Shown here: positions 9,484 through 19,892 of the stretch, one piece after another
How the letters are laid out: every line of letters begins with the position of its first letter
Position numbering within the stretch: the stretch's first letter is position 1
From: Candidatus Poribacteria bacterium
Lineage (GTDB): Bacteria; Poribacteria; WGA-4E; PCPOR2b
Reading direction: 5' to 3'
Length of the DNA stretch: 64,000 nucleotides
Assembly (NCBI GenBank): GCA_965116925.1
Contig: OZ220744.1
Location: 3,808,001 to 3,872,000 of the forward strand
Made by a program: the position numbers and the translations under genes
Notes under the pieces: generated by a model
Database searches by the model: none
Told to the model about the DNA's origin: nothing
What the model saw: only the letters and a program-made list of their open reading frames with translations

Positions 9484-9885
9484 CTAGGAGGAAGGCGGTG
9501 ACCTCGTTCCTTCTCGTTGTGAATCCGGTGATTCTTCAGGATTGAACATGTAGTCGAAGCTCAACCACAAGCTGCGAGAATAGCGGAAGAAGAAGATGGG
9601 GAAAAGGGCGCAGAAGGCTACCCACAGAATGAAGTTTGCAAGAAAAGAGATAGAAGTGAAATAACCCAACGCAAAATAGCCAGCAAATGCAATAAGAACA
9701 GTCATACCGTAGTTAATATACATTGCCCCGACAAAGTATCCTGCCTCGCGTTCAAATCCGAAGCTACAGCTACCGCACTCCGAACGCATTTTGAACATAC
9801 CTGTAAACATTCGACCTTCACCACATCTCGGACACCTTAAGCGCAGTCCTTTTACGAAGATTTGTCCCTTGCTCTGTTTCTGCAT
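9484..9885 (-). CDS. DUF983-family membrane protein
   Basis: RCPRCGEGRMF...CGSC zinc ribbon, EREAGYFVGAMYINY, two TMs. Confidence 0.85.
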   Translation of the reverse strand: MQKQSKGQIFVKGLRLRCPRCGEGRMFTGMFKMRSECGSCSFGFEREAGYFVGAMYINYGMTVLIAFAGYFALGYFTSISFLANFILWVAFCALFPIFFFRYSRSLWLSFDYMFNPEESPDSQREGTRSPPSS

Positions 9886-9947
9886 CTACTGCTTTCCCTC
9901 CTTGAACTCCCACCTTCAATAAGTTATAATTTCCGATTGAGAACCTA

Positions 9948-9976
9948 ATTTTAGCATAGCTGGTCGGTGATGTCAA
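9948..9976 (-). promoter_or_regulatory. sigma70 promoter for the DUF983 gene
   Basis: TTGACA-17-TAAAAT with extended -10 TG on the minus strand. Confidence 0.65.
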
Positions 9977-10146
9977 TTTAGTCTTGCAAGCAGAAGTCGA
10001 TCGCCTCCCACTCTTTGATGTTGGCACCAATAATGGCAATCTATCATGAACGTTGCCGTAAGGGCGAGGCTCACTTGCCCTATTGGCGTGCTCAACATTT
10101 TTCAAACCGATTCATCGGTGAATCGTGGAGCTAGCGGAGCACAATT

Positions 10147-10959
10147 ATGGATTATCGCATAGAAGCGAACCGAAAGAACTGGAACGAGCGCACCCCTGCT
10201 CATGCAGCCTCTGAATTTTACGATGTGGCGGGATTTCGCAATGGTCGGATAACGCTGACCGATATAGAAAGAACGGAGGTGGGTTCTGTCGAAGGCAAGT
10301 CTCTGCTGCACCTTCAGTGTCACTTTGGTATGGATACGATGTCATGGGCTCGATTGGGAGCGGAAGCGACGGGGGTTGACATCTCAGACGCCGCAATCGA
10401 TTTGGCGAAAGCATTGAATGATGAGCTGCAATTGAATACCCGATTTATCTGTTCCAATATCTACGACCTACCCGATGTACTGGATGAAGAGTTCGACATC
10501 GTATATACGGCGATGGGGGTGCTTTGTTGGTTGCCAGATTTGTCTGGATGGGCAAATATCATCGCTAGATTTCTCAAACCCAACGGTATTTTCTACATCT
10601 TGGATGGTCACCCATTCGCACACGTATTTGAATCGGAAGAGAACCTAGATGGAGTTCAGGAACTACGGGTGCGATATCCGTACTTCAAAAAAAAGGAGGG
10701 CGACTTCTACGAGGGTGGCCAGCCCAGTTATGCAAGTTCAGAAGTCATAGAAGCTGGATGTTACGAATGGCAGCACAGCGTTGGTGAGATACTGAATGCC
10801 ATCTTGGATGCTGGATTACGGATTCAGTTCTTTCACGAGTTTGCACGCAGTGGCTATAAAGCCTTTCCATGTATGGAAAAAGGTAAGGATGGCTGGTGGC
10901 GGCTTACATCGCACAACGACTCAGTCCCACAACTATTCTCGCTGAAGGCGACTAAATAA
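10147..10959 (+). CDS. Class I SAM-dependent methyltransferase
   Basis: GKSLLHLQCHFGMDT motif I variant, GVDIS, FDIVY. Confidence 0.9.
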   Translation: MDYRIEANRKNWNERTPAHAASEFYDVAGFRNGRITLTDIERTEVGSVEGKSLLHLQCHFGMDTMSWARLGAEATGVDISDAAIDLAKALNDELQLNTRFICSNIYDLPDVLDEEFDIVYTAMGVLCWLPDLSGWANIIARFLKPNGIFYILDGHPFAHVFESEENLDGVQELRVRYPYFKKKEGDFYEGGQPSYASSEVIEAGCYEWQHSVGEILNAILDAGLRIQFFHEFARSGYKAFPCMEKGKDGWWRLTSHNDSVPQLFSLKATK

Positions 10960-11038
10960 GCCTGAATAGCCTCAGTTCATACGACTGAGTTAAAAGTCTA
11001 TCGGTTGCACGACTTGAGTTGTCCTTGATTGCATTATT

Positions 11039-13882
11039 ATGAAAATCCAAAACGGCATTGCAATTGTCTGTTTCTTCCTCTCTGGTTTCGCGGGGCTAGT
11101 CTACGAGGTGTCGTGGATACGGAAGGCTTCTCTGGCCTTTGGATCCACGACGTTTGCTGTTAGCACAGTATTAGCGGTCTTTTTTCTCGGACTGGCTTGT
11201 GGCAGCTATCTGTTTGGACGAATTGGCCAAAACACGGTGCGACCATTAAGGCTTTACGCGCTGATCGAAATCGGACTTGGACTGTTCGCTATGGCAAGTC
11301 CTTACCTCCTTGACTTCACGGAGAGCCTCTACGGCCCAATCTATCGCGCTCTAGCGGGTCATGCCGTTATTCTATTCATAGCACGCGGGGTGCTGGTGTC
11401 TCTCGTCATCCTCCCACCTACTATCCTCATGGGCAGCACACTTCCCCTCTTTTGCCGCCAATTCGTTCACAGCGATGCAAGGGTCGCCAATCGTGTTGGA
11501 ATGCTTTACGGGGTGAACACCTTGGGCGCAGCGGTGGGCTGTGCAGCAGCTGGGCTCTTCTTGCTGCCAACACTCGGACTTCGGCTCACTGTTCAGTTGG
11601 GGGCCGCCTTGAACCTCCTGTGCGGCATTGCTGTCTGGCTATTACCCGTCGCCAAAAATCAGCTTCCTCAATTGAATCAGGATTCAGAGGAGCCTGCAAG
11701 TCAGGGCAAAATAGCTACGGAACGGTTTACCGCCGCGCAGCTCCCCATTGCCATTCTGTTCTTTTCCGTTGGCTTTGTCGTCCTTGGGAGTGAGGTGCTT
11801 TGGACACGCTACTTGCGACTTTTGACCCGTCAGAATAGCGTATACACCTACACCTTAACACTGACAGTGATACTAGTCGGTATTGTCCTCGGTAGTTTTC
11901 TCGCTTCCCGTCTCTTCGATCGGTCAACACCGCGCGCACGATATTTTGGTCTATTTCAAATTCTTACAGGGCTATCGGTGCTAACTGTTATGACCCTTCC
12001 ACATACTTTTTGGGCAGGTGTCAAAAATGAGTTGGGGATGTATTTCCTTCTACTATTGCCGCCCGCGATCCTTTCGGGCGCGTCATTTCCGCTTGCGGTG
12101 CGGATGGTTGTCGAAGGTGCATCAGGGGCAAGTATAGGGACGGGGCGGATGGCAGCAATTAACACGCTGGGTGGAATTCTCGGCTCGCTGCTGATTGGAT
12201 TTGTGGGGCTGCCCATCTTTGGGATAAAGTTCAGCCTCCTGTTTATTACAGGCGTCAGTTTATTAACCGGATTCGCTGCATGGTTCTGGATTGACAAAAC
12301 CTTCTCACCGCTTTTGCGAGGAGGAGCAGTGGCCGGAGCATTACTGATCTGGGTCTGTGTCCCTTTTGCTTCAGGGACTCAGATACCCGCCGATTTTCTT
12401 GCGAGTGGACGGCAACTGGTGGCTTTCCGTGAGGGATTTGATGGAGATTTGGCTGTTATCCGAAGAGATGAGAAGTGGATTGAACTTGAAATTGACCGAT
12501 GGTGGCAGGGAAGCAATCTAAAAAATCAGCAGGTAGTTGGGGCGCATATTCCAGCCCTCTTGCACCCGAATCCAAAAAACGTTTTGGTTGTTGGAGCAGG
12601 GACCGGACAAACGCCAAGCCGTTTTCTGATATACGATATTGACCGTCTCGATTGTGTCGATATCGAACCGACGCTGTTTGAGTTTATCCGTGACCATTTC
12701 GACTCGAAGTGGATGGCAGACGAACGGGTCAAGCTGATTAGTGAGGACGGGCTCAATTACCTGAATCACAGTGATGTTATGTATGATATAATTGCCATTG
12801 AGGTGGGCCAAATCTTTCGCCCCGGTATTGCGTTTTTCTACACTGCTGATTTCTACCACCGTTCCCGGCAACGACTTCGGCCCGGTGGTCTCCTCACCCA
12901 ACTGGTTTCAATACCGTCGCTCACAACCGATCAGTTCCGGGGTGTGATTAAAACCTTCCTTGACGCTTTTCCGCAGAGTTTTCTGTGGTACAACTCCTCC
13001 GATTTGCTCCTGATTGGTGTGAACGATACAGATTTCAAGATCAGCCCCACCACCTTAGAACAGTTATCGTCTAATGAATCCGTGCGCCGCGACTTGCGCT
13101 ACACCTTTTGGGGCGGACCTAAACAGTGGCTTAACTGGATTCCTGTCTTTCTCGGAGGATATCTGGCAGGGCCGCATGAACTCGCTCAACTGGCATCGGG
13201 GGCTCGCCTTTACCGTGATGATTTGCCGGTGCTCGATTACGCAACCAGTTTGAGCTACATCACCGAGACGAATGAGATTCCAATTGTCAAAGATTACCTG
13301 CTCAAGCATACCGGTTCCCTAGACGAGGTCATTGATTTCACACTTTCTGCCGAAAAGATTTCAGATATTGAAGAGCTCCGCAAGAAAAATCTAGGGGCAA
13401 TCATCGCAGAAGCCCTTCTCCGGCGGGCAGAGCTGCTGACACTTTCAAGAGACGATGCAGCCGACGAGGTTATTACGTTACTTTCAGAGGCGGTCGACTG
13501 GAATCCGGACCATTTTGAGGCGAATCGTATGCTCGCCGACGCGCTGATAGGGCAGGGGCGGAACAAAGCGGCGGGGCGCTATTATGTGGAGGCTAACCGA
13601 ATTCGCCCGGAAGATCCCCATGTCCTACACGGCATTGCCCACACACTCTATCGTCTCAATAGAATTGAGGCAGCAATCCCATACTATCGGGCTTCGTTGC
13701 GCCTACGACCCAACCACGCCGAGACGCACAATCACATTGGGCTCGCCTTGGCTAAACGAGGAAATTTCGTCGAGGCACGCCAGCACTTCAAGACAGCGGT
13801 CCGCTTGGATCCTGACTACACTGAAGCCAAGCGAAATCTTGCTGGGGTGAGGAAAGCTCTACAGGCGATGCCGCAAAGGTGA
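11039..13882 (+). CDS. Fused MFS-like/spermidine synthase-like membrane protein with C-terminal TPRs
   Basis: FFLSGFAGLVYEVSW, YGVNTLGAAVG, about 13 TMs, VLVVGAGTG/EDGLNYL SAM-fold, TPR repeats at the C-terminus. Confidence 0.88.
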   Translation: MKIQNGIAIVCFFLSGFAGLVYEVSWIRKASLAFGSTTFAVSTVLAVFFLGLACGSYLFGRIGQNTVRPLRLYALIEIGLGLFAMASPYLLDFTESLYGPIYRALAGHAVILFIARGVLVSLVILPPTILMGSTLPLFCRQFVHSDARVANRVGMLYGVNTLGAAVGCAAAGLFLLPTLGLRLTVQLGAALNLLCGIAVWLLPVAKNQLPQLNQDSEEPASQGKIATERFTAAQLPIAILFFSVGFVVLGSEVLWTRYLRLLTRQNSVYTYTLTLTVILVGIVLGSFLASRLFDRSTPRARYFGLFQILTGLSVLTVMTLPHTFWAGVKNELGMYFLLLLPPAILSGASFPLAVRMVVEGASGASIGTGRMAAINTLGGILGSLLIGFVGLPIFGIKFSLLFITGVSLLTGFAAWFWIDKTFSPLLRGGAVAGALLIWVCVPFASGTQIPADFLASGRQLVAFREGFDGDLAVIRRDEKWIELEIDRWWQGSNLKNQQVVGAHIPALLHPNPKNVLVVGAGTGQTPSRFLIYDIDRLDCVDIEPTLFEFIRDHFDSKWMADERVKLISEDGLNYLNHSDVMYDIIAIEVGQIFRPGIAFFYTADFYHRSRQRLRPGGLLTQLVSIPSLTTDQFRGVIKTFLDAFPQSFLWYNSSDLLLIGVNDTDFKISPTTLEQLSSNESVRRDLRYTFWGGPKQWLNWIPVFLGGYLAGPHELAQLASGARLYRDDLPVLDYATSLSYITETNEIPIVKDYLLKHTGSLDEVIDFTLSAEKISDIEELRKKNLGAIIAEALLRRAELLTLSRDDAADEVITLLSEAVDWNPDHFEANRMLADALIGQGRNKAAGRYYVEANRIRPEDPHVLHGIAHTLYRLNRIEAAIPYYRASLRLRPNHAETHNHIGLALAKRGNFVEARQHFKTAVRLDPDYTEAKRNLAGVRKALQAMPQR

Positions 13883-13935
13883 GCGCAGCCTTTATCCGAT
13901 GTTATTCACTAGCAAATTAAATTGAAAAATCGTTG

Positions 13936-13964
13936 TTGACCTAAGAACTAAAACGTGATACAAT
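13936..13964 (+). promoter_or_regulatory. sigma70 promoter upstream of the FG-GAP cluster
   Basis: TTGACC-17-TACAAT with extended -10 TG. Confidence 0.65.
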
Positions 13965-14063
13965 AAATAGGCTAGCTAGAGGTTGTCCAATAAGAAGAAT
14001 TATTGGATACTGGGACCTAAAGGTCAGTTGAAAGGAGTTTTCAATCTGAAAGGAGCGTTATCA

Positions 14064-15710
14064 ATGAAAGTTTTGCAACTTAGCTTTACCTGTCTTGTTT
14101 TATTGGTTGGGCAGGTCGCACTGAGCTATGCCGCTGTTCCCGATGTCGAGGGGGAGGTTGTTCCTAGACCCGAAGGAGGAAGCACCAATTGGGGGCATTC
14201 CGTTGACATCAGTGGAACGGTTTTCATCGCTGGGTACACCTCGTATGTTGGAAATGCTGGAGGTGTCTTCATCATGGAACAAAAGGGGAAGCGGTGGGAT
14301 ATTTTAGAGCACTTCAAAACTCCCGATAACGGAACGAGAGATTGGTACGGGAAGGCTGTCGCTATTGAAGGTGATATTGCTGTTGTGAGTGCCTACGAAC
14401 ATGGCGGGAAAAAACGCACCGCAGGCGACTCGTTAGGTGAGGGGCCCGGGAGGGTTTATGTCTACGAGCGTCAGGGCGGCAAAGGGTTTGGAGAGATGGC
14501 AAAATTGAAGGGCGAGGGCATCCAAAACAATGACCGGTTCGGGTATTCTGTTGACCTCAGCAGAGATACCCTCATTGCCGGAACCCCTTTTCATGACGAG
14601 GAGAAGGGTGCGGTCTATGTTTATAAACTTGAAAACAAGCAATGGAAGCAGCAAGCTAAACTTCAAGCGGACGACGCGGGTGTCAAGAATCGGTTCGGTT
14701 GGGACTGTGCGATCCATGAAAACACGATAGTTGTCGGTGCCCCGCTCGCTGCTGCACCTGCGAGACTCTCCGGCGCGGCGTATATCTTTAAGCGACAAGG
14801 AGACGCTTGGGTACAGACGGCAAAGGTTACCCCCGAAGATGGGGATGGCGGCGATAGTTTCGGTGCTGCTGTTGATGTGAGTAAGAGTCGTATCATTGTT
14901 GGAGCAAACAAAGACGAGAACGAAGTGAAGAAACGTGGCTCCGGTTCTGCCTATATCTTCCAAATAGTTGGAGATGCCGTTACACAGGAGGCGAAGTTGA
15001 CCGCGGACGAACCTCAGGAAGGTGCCGGCTTCGGTCTTTCGGTTGCACTCGATGTGAATCGTGCACTCGTCGGGGCACCCTCTGCCGATACGAAGCGCGG
15101 CGATGACTCCGGTGCTGCTTATGCGTTTCTGAAGGTCGGTGCCGACTGGGTGTTGCAGGCGAGAGTTATACCTGAGAAAGGACCGGATGAGGGTAAGGGG
15201 CTGACCAGTGGTGACAATATGGGCAGTGCTGTCGCCCTTGATGGTGAATTCGGGCGAAAATTCAACTTCGCTGCCATCGGCGTTCAATGGGATCATCAGG
15301 AAGGTGATGATAACGGTTCCGTATATATCTTTGATACCCAGAATGTGGACGGTCTCAACATACCGTTGTCGGTTGAGCCCCGCGGTGATTTGGCACTGAC
15401 GATGTTCGGGGATATCAAGCGGACAGCGTTGCTTCAAAACTTTCCCAATCCGTTTAACCCAGAGACGTGGATTCCTTATACGCTGGCTGATGATACGGAG
15501 GTAAACGTTCGTATCTATGATGTTGAGGGTAAGTTGGTGCGTCATCTGGACATCGGTTACCAGCGGTCAGGACAGTATATCAACAGAGAGAAGGCTATCT
15601 ATTGGGATGGTAGGGACCAATTGGGTGAGTCGGTTTCGAGTGGTGTCTATTTCTATACCCTAAAGGCGGATGGGTTTTCAGATACCCGCCGTATGGTTAT
15701 CCTCAAGTAG
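14064..15710 (+). CDS. FG-GAP repeat beta-propeller protein with FlgD/T9SS-like C-terminal domain (copy 1)
   Basis: AAGGAG RBS then ATG 14064; signal peptide; repeated FG.SV.....VGAP...GAAY; C-terminal LLQNFPNPFNPETWIPY...WDG...SSGVYFY. Confidence 0.9.
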   Translation: MKVLQLSFTCLVLLVGQVALSYAAVPDVEGEVVPRPEGGSTNWGHSVDISGTVFIAGYTSYVGNAGGVFIMEQKGKRWDILEHFKTPDNGTRDWYGKAVAIEGDIAVVSAYEHGGKKRTAGDSLGEGPGRVYVYERQGGKGFGEMAKLKGEGIQNNDRFGYSVDLSRDTLIAGTPFHDEEKGAVYVYKLENKQWKQQAKLQADDAGVKNRFGWDCAIHENTIVVGAPLAAAPARLSGAAYIFKRQGDAWVQTAKVTPEDGDGGDSFGAAVDVSKSRIIVGANKDENEVKKRGSGSAYIFQIVGDAVTQEAKLTADEPQEGAGFGLSVALDVNRALVGAPSADTKRGDDSGAAYAFLKVGADWVLQARVIPEKGPDEGKGLTSGDNMGSAVALDGEFGRKFNFAAIGVQWDHQEGDDNGSVYIFDTQNVDGLNIPLSVEPRGDLALTMFGDIKRTALLQNFPNPFNPETWIPYTLADDTEVNVRIYDVEGKLVRHLDIGYQRSGQYINREKAIYWDGRDQLGESVSSGVYFYTLKADGFSDTRRMVILK

Positions 15711-16034
15711 TTTTCCTTGAAACACATCAAACCTTCCACTTGGATTGCTAGGTGTGATTCTAATTGAAAGCTTTTACATGGTGAAACCCAGCATTCGATA
15801 ATCTGCGTGTGAATTAGAGTGTTGGGTTTCACTTGATTTAGCCACACAATAGTGTTGTTAACAAGCAGTGCTCCAGCCTACCTTTACAGGGATTTGTTCT
15901 AACCGTTCAACTCAACCCGTACGATATAATTAGTTTTGATGTAGTGGTGTGACCTGTGGGTTGAAATTTGCCTCTCGACGCAGTGAATTAACCGTTGATT
16001 GGGGAAACGGTTAATCCTGAAAGGAGTGCTATCA

Positions 16035-17687
16035 GTGAAAACCTTGCAGATTACCTTCACCTGTCTCATTCTACTAGTTGGACAGGTCGCACTGAGCTAT
16101 GCTGTTCCCGATGCTGAAGGAGACGTTATCCATAGGCCTGAGGGAGGACAAACCAATTGGGGGCATTCTGTTGACATCAGTGGAACAACCCTCATCGCCG
16201 GGTATACTTCTTATACAGGTGATCTCGGCGGTGTCTATATCCTTGAATACGATGGGAAGAGATGGGATCTTATAAATCACTTCAAAACCCCCGACGGAAA
16301 CACGAGGGATCAGTATGGACATGCTGTCGCTATTGAAGGTGACATTGCCGTCGCGAGTGCCTACGAACACGGCGGGAAAAGACCTACCGCAGGTGGAAGG
16401 TTCGGAGGCGGACCGGGAATAGTGTATGTCTTCCAACGTCACGCCGGAGGGAAAGGGTTTGGGGAGATGGCAAACTTTAAAGGCGAGGGTGTCCAGAATG
16501 ATGACCGGTTCGGATATGCTGTTGACCTCAGTGGAAATACCCTTATTGCTGGAACCCCTTTCCATGATGGAGAGAAAGGTGCTGTCTATGTCTACGTGCT
16601 TGACGGAAACAAGTGGAAACATCAAGCTAAACTCCAAGCGGACGATGGGGCTCCAAAGAATCGGTTTGGTTGGGATTGCGCGATTAGTGAAAACACGATA
16701 GTTGTTGGTGCCCCGCTCGCTGCTGCACCTGCAAGGCTCTCCGGCGCAGCTTATGTGTTTAAGCGGCAGGGAGACGCTTGGGCGCAGGTTGCAAAGATTA
16801 CCCCCGATGACGGGGATGGCGGTGATAGTTTCGGTGTTTCTGTTGACGTGAGTAAGAGTCGTATCATTGTTGGAGCGAACAAAGACGAGAATGAAGTGAA
16901 GAAGCGTGGCTCGGGTTCTGCCTATATCTTCCAATTAGTTGGAGATGCCGTTACACAAGAGGCGAAGTTGACAGCGGACGAGCCCCAAGAAGGTGCGGGT
17001 TTTGGCTTGACAGTTGCGCTGGATGTGAACCGTGCACTTATCGGCGCGCCTTCGACCGATACGAAACGGGGTGACGATTCGGGAGCTGCTTATGCGTTTC
17101 TAAAGGTCGGCCCCGACTGGGTGTTGCAGGCGAGAGTCATACCTGAGAAAGGACCGGATGAAAGTAAGGGCCTGACCAGTGGTGACAATATGGGTAGTGC
17201 TGTCGCCCTTGATGGTCAATTCGGACGACGGTTGAATTTCGGTGCTGTCGGTGTTCAATGGGACGCACACGCTCAAGGTGGCGATGATGAAGGTTCTGTA
17301 TATATCTTTGATACCGCCGATGTGGAGGGTCTCAACATACCGCTGTCGGTTGAGCCACGCGGTGACTTGGCACTGACGATGTTTGGGGATATCAAGCGGA
17401 CAGCGTTGCTTCAAAACTTTCCCAATCCGTTTAATCCAGAGACGTGGATTCCTTATACGCTGGCTAATGATACGGAGGTAAAAGTTCGTATCTATGATGT
17501 TGAGGGTAAGTTGGTGCGTCATCTGGACATCGGTTACCAGCGGTCAGGAAGATATATCAGCAGAGAGAAAGCTGTCTATTGGGATGGTAGAGACCAACTG
17601 GGTGAATCAGTTTCGAGTGGTGTGTATTTCTATACCCTAAAGGCGGATGGGTTTTCAGATACCCGCCGCATGGTTATCTTGAAATAG
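16035..17687 (+). CDS. FG-GAP repeat protein with FlgD/T9SS-like CTD (copy 2)
   Basis: GTG start after the same AAGGAG leader; close paralog of copy 1. Confidence 0.9.
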   Translation: MKTLQITFTCLILLVGQVALSYAVPDAEGDVIHRPEGGQTNWGHSVDISGTTLIAGYTSYTGDLGGVYILEYDGKRWDLINHFKTPDGNTRDQYGHAVAIEGDIAVASAYEHGGKRPTAGGRFGGGPGIVYVFQRHAGGKGFGEMANFKGEGVQNDDRFGYAVDLSGNTLIAGTPFHDGEKGAVYVYVLDGNKWKHQAKLQADDGAPKNRFGWDCAISENTIVVGAPLAAAPARLSGAAYVFKRQGDAWAQVAKITPDDGDGGDSFGVSVDVSKSRIIVGANKDENEVKKRGSGSAYIFQLVGDAVTQEAKLTADEPQEGAGFGLTVALDVNRALIGAPSTDTKRGDDSGAAYAFLKVGPDWVLQARVIPEKGPDESKGLTSGDNMGSAVALDGQFGRRLNFGAVGVQWDAHAQGGDDEGSVYIFDTADVEGLNIPLSVEPRGDLALTMFGDIKRTALLQNFPNPFNPETWIPYTLANDTEVKVRIYDVEGKLVRHLDIGYQRSGRYISREKAVYWDGRDQLGESVSSGVYFYTLKADGFSDTRRMVILK

Positions 17688-17728
17688 TTATCCTTATCCG
17701 AGAGAGCGACTTAATAGGTTTTGTAAAG

Positions 17729-17766
17729 TAATTGTAGGTCGAGATGTAAATCTCGACCTACAATTA
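17729..17766. repeat. Perfect 17-bp-stem palindrome with GTAG ends (REP-like or terminator)
   Basis: TAATTGTAGGTCGAGAT-gtaa-ATCTCGACCTACAATTA. Confidence 0.75.
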
Positions 17767-17811
17767 ACTGCTTATTGAAAAAGGTGGTTCATCCTGAAAG
17801 GAGCGTTATCA

Positions 17812-19455
17812 ATGAAAACCTTGCAAATTATCTTTACCTGTCTCATCCTATTAGTTGGACAGGTCACATTGGGCTATGCCGCTGTCCCTGATGTTGAGGG
17901 AGAGGTTGTTCCTAGGCCCGATGGCGGAAGCACCAGTTGGGGGCATTCCGTTGACATCAGTGGAACGACCTTTATTGCTGGGTACACCTCGCATAGGGGA
18001 CATAGTGGGGGTGCCTTCATCATGGAACGAGAGGGGAAGAGGTGGGAGACTTTAGACCACTTTAAGACCCCCGATGCGGGGACGATGGATTGGTACGGTT
18101 GTGCCGTTGCCCTTGAAGGTGACATTGCTGTCGTGGGTGCCTACGAACATGGTGGCAAAAGACGCAAGGCAGGCGCACTGTTAGGTGGCGGACCAGGATT
18201 AGTGTATGTCTACAAACGTGAAGCCAAAGGGTTTGAGGAAATGGCAAAACTTAAAGGCGAGGGTGTCCAAAACGATGACCGGTTCGGATATTCGGTTGAC
18301 CTCAGCGGGAAAATTCTCGTCGCTGGCACTCCTTTTCATGACGAGGAGAAAGGTGCTGTCTATGTTTACCAACTAGACGGTAAGCAATGGAAACAACAAG
18401 CCAAACTTCAGGCGGACGATGCGGGTGTAAAAAACCGATTCGGTTGGGACTGCGCGGTTCATGAAAACACGATAGTTGTCGGTGCCCCGCTCGCCGCTGC
18501 ACCTGCGAGACTCTCCGGCGCAGCGTATGTCTTTAAGCGGCAGGGGGACGCTTGGGCACAGGTAGCCAAGATTACCCCCGAAGATGGGGATGGCGGCGAT
18601 AGTTTCGGTGCTGCTGTTGATGTCAGCAGGGATCGAATCATCGTTGGAGCAAACAAAGACGAAAATGACGCGAAGAAGCGCAGCTCCGGCTCTGCCTATA
18701 TCTTCCAATTAGTTGGAGATGGCGTTACACAGGAGGCGAAGTTGACCGCGGACGAGCCTCAAGAAACTGCTAGCTTCGGGCATTCGGTTGCCCTTGATGT
18801 GAACCGTGCCCTCGTCGGCGCGCCTTTTGCAAATACGAAACGAGGCCTTAACTCCGGTGCTGCTTACGCCTTTTTGAAAGTGGGAGCCGATTGGGTGTTG
18901 CAGGCGAGAGTCATACCTGTGAAAGGACCAGATGAACCCGGTTTACCGGGTGGCGACAACATGGGCAGTGCCGTTGCCCTTGATGGTAAATTCGGACGAA
19001 GATTCAACTTCGCTGCCATCGGCGTTCAATGGGATAGTCAAGAGGGCGGGGGTGATGCCGGCTCCGTTTATATCTTTGATACGAGAGATGTCGACGGTCT
19101 CAACATACCGTTGTCGGTTGAGCCACGCGGTGACTTGGCACTGACGATGTTTGGGGATATCAAGCGGACAGCGTTGCTTCAAAACTTTCCCAATCCGTTC
19201 AACCCAGAGACGTGGATTCCTTATACCCTCGCTGATAATACAGATGTAAACGTTCGTATCTATGATGTCGAAGGTAAGTTGGTGCGTCATCTGGATATCG
19301 GTTACCAGCGGTCAGGACGGTATATCAGCAGAGAGAAAGCTGTCTATTGGGATGGTAGGGACCAACTGGGTGAGTCTGTTTCGAGTGGTGTCTATTTCTA
19401 TACCCTAAAGGCGGATAGGTTTTCAGACACCCGCCGCATGGTTATCCTGAAGTAG
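17812..19455 (+). CDS. FG-GAP repeat protein with FlgD/T9SS-like CTD (copy 3)
   Basis: Same leader and RBS; close paralog of copies 1 and 2. Confidence 0.9.
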   Translation: MKTLQIIFTCLILLVGQVTLGYAAVPDVEGEVVPRPDGGSTSWGHSVDISGTTFIAGYTSHRGHSGGAFIMEREGKRWETLDHFKTPDAGTMDWYGCAVALEGDIAVVGAYEHGGKRRKAGALLGGGPGLVYVYKREAKGFEEMAKLKGEGVQNDDRFGYSVDLSGKILVAGTPFHDEEKGAVYVYQLDGKQWKQQAKLQADDAGVKNRFGWDCAVHENTIVVGAPLAAAPARLSGAAYVFKRQGDAWAQVAKITPEDGDGGDSFGAAVDVSRDRIIVGANKDENDAKKRSSGSAYIFQLVGDGVTQEAKLTADEPQETASFGHSVALDVNRALVGAPFANTKRGLNSGAAYAFLKVGADWVLQARVIPVKGPDEPGLPGGDNMGSAVALDGKFGRRFNFAAIGVQWDSQEGGGDAGSVYIFDTRDVDGLNIPLSVEPRGDLALTMFGDIKRTALLQNFPNPFNPETWIPYTLADNTDVNVRIYDVEGKLVRHLDIGYQRSGRYISREKAVYWDGRDQLGESVSSGVYFYTLKADRFSDTRRMVILK

Positions 19456-19670
19456 CTATCCTTATCGAATCTAAAACCAGATTTGGAGTAGATACTCGTC
19501 CCTGATCCAAAATTGAGAACGGGTATCTGAACCTATTTTTGGGCGGTTGTCGTATTGGGCAGGTCGTTGAACACTTCGTATTTCAGCGAGCCCGAACGGC
19601 ATTATGAGCAATATTATCGAGTTATGGGTTTAGAGCGAATTGGTAAATTCGGAATTCGTTTCTAAAAGTA

Positions 19671-19699
19671 TTGCCTTTTATTTTTATTTATGATATAAT
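19671..19699 (+). promoter_or_regulatory. sigma70 promoter for the LamG gene
   Basis: TTGCCT-17-TATAAT with extended -10 TG. Confidence 0.65.
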
Positions 19700-19892
19700 T
19701 TCCAGTGTCTTATATAGTGGTAGATCCAAAATGGATTTTAGGGGTTTGTTCTCCGATAATTTTTTTGAATCGGAGCGTTCCCTAGCAGATATGATGATGA
19801 ACTTCCATTATCATAAATTTAGTTTTAGAGTCAATTGAATTTCAGATTTTGACTCTAGAATTTCATTAACCTCAATATAAGGAGGAATTAAA

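Noticed and set aside
14433..15545. 370-aa antisense ORF, and similar ones at 16074-16934 and 18943-19290
   Set aside because: Shadow frames of the FG-GAP genes; broken at different places among the paralogs
15781..15832. Hairpin GTGAAACCCAGCATTC/GAGTGTTGGGTTTCAC as an ncRNA
   Set aside because: Single hairpin, more likely a decayed REP pair or mRNA stabiliser; no further support
14064..19455. Diversity-generating retroelement acting on the FG-GAP paralogs
   Set aside because: No reverse transcriptase or template repeat seen; differences are not adenine-specific and the C-termini are the most conserved part
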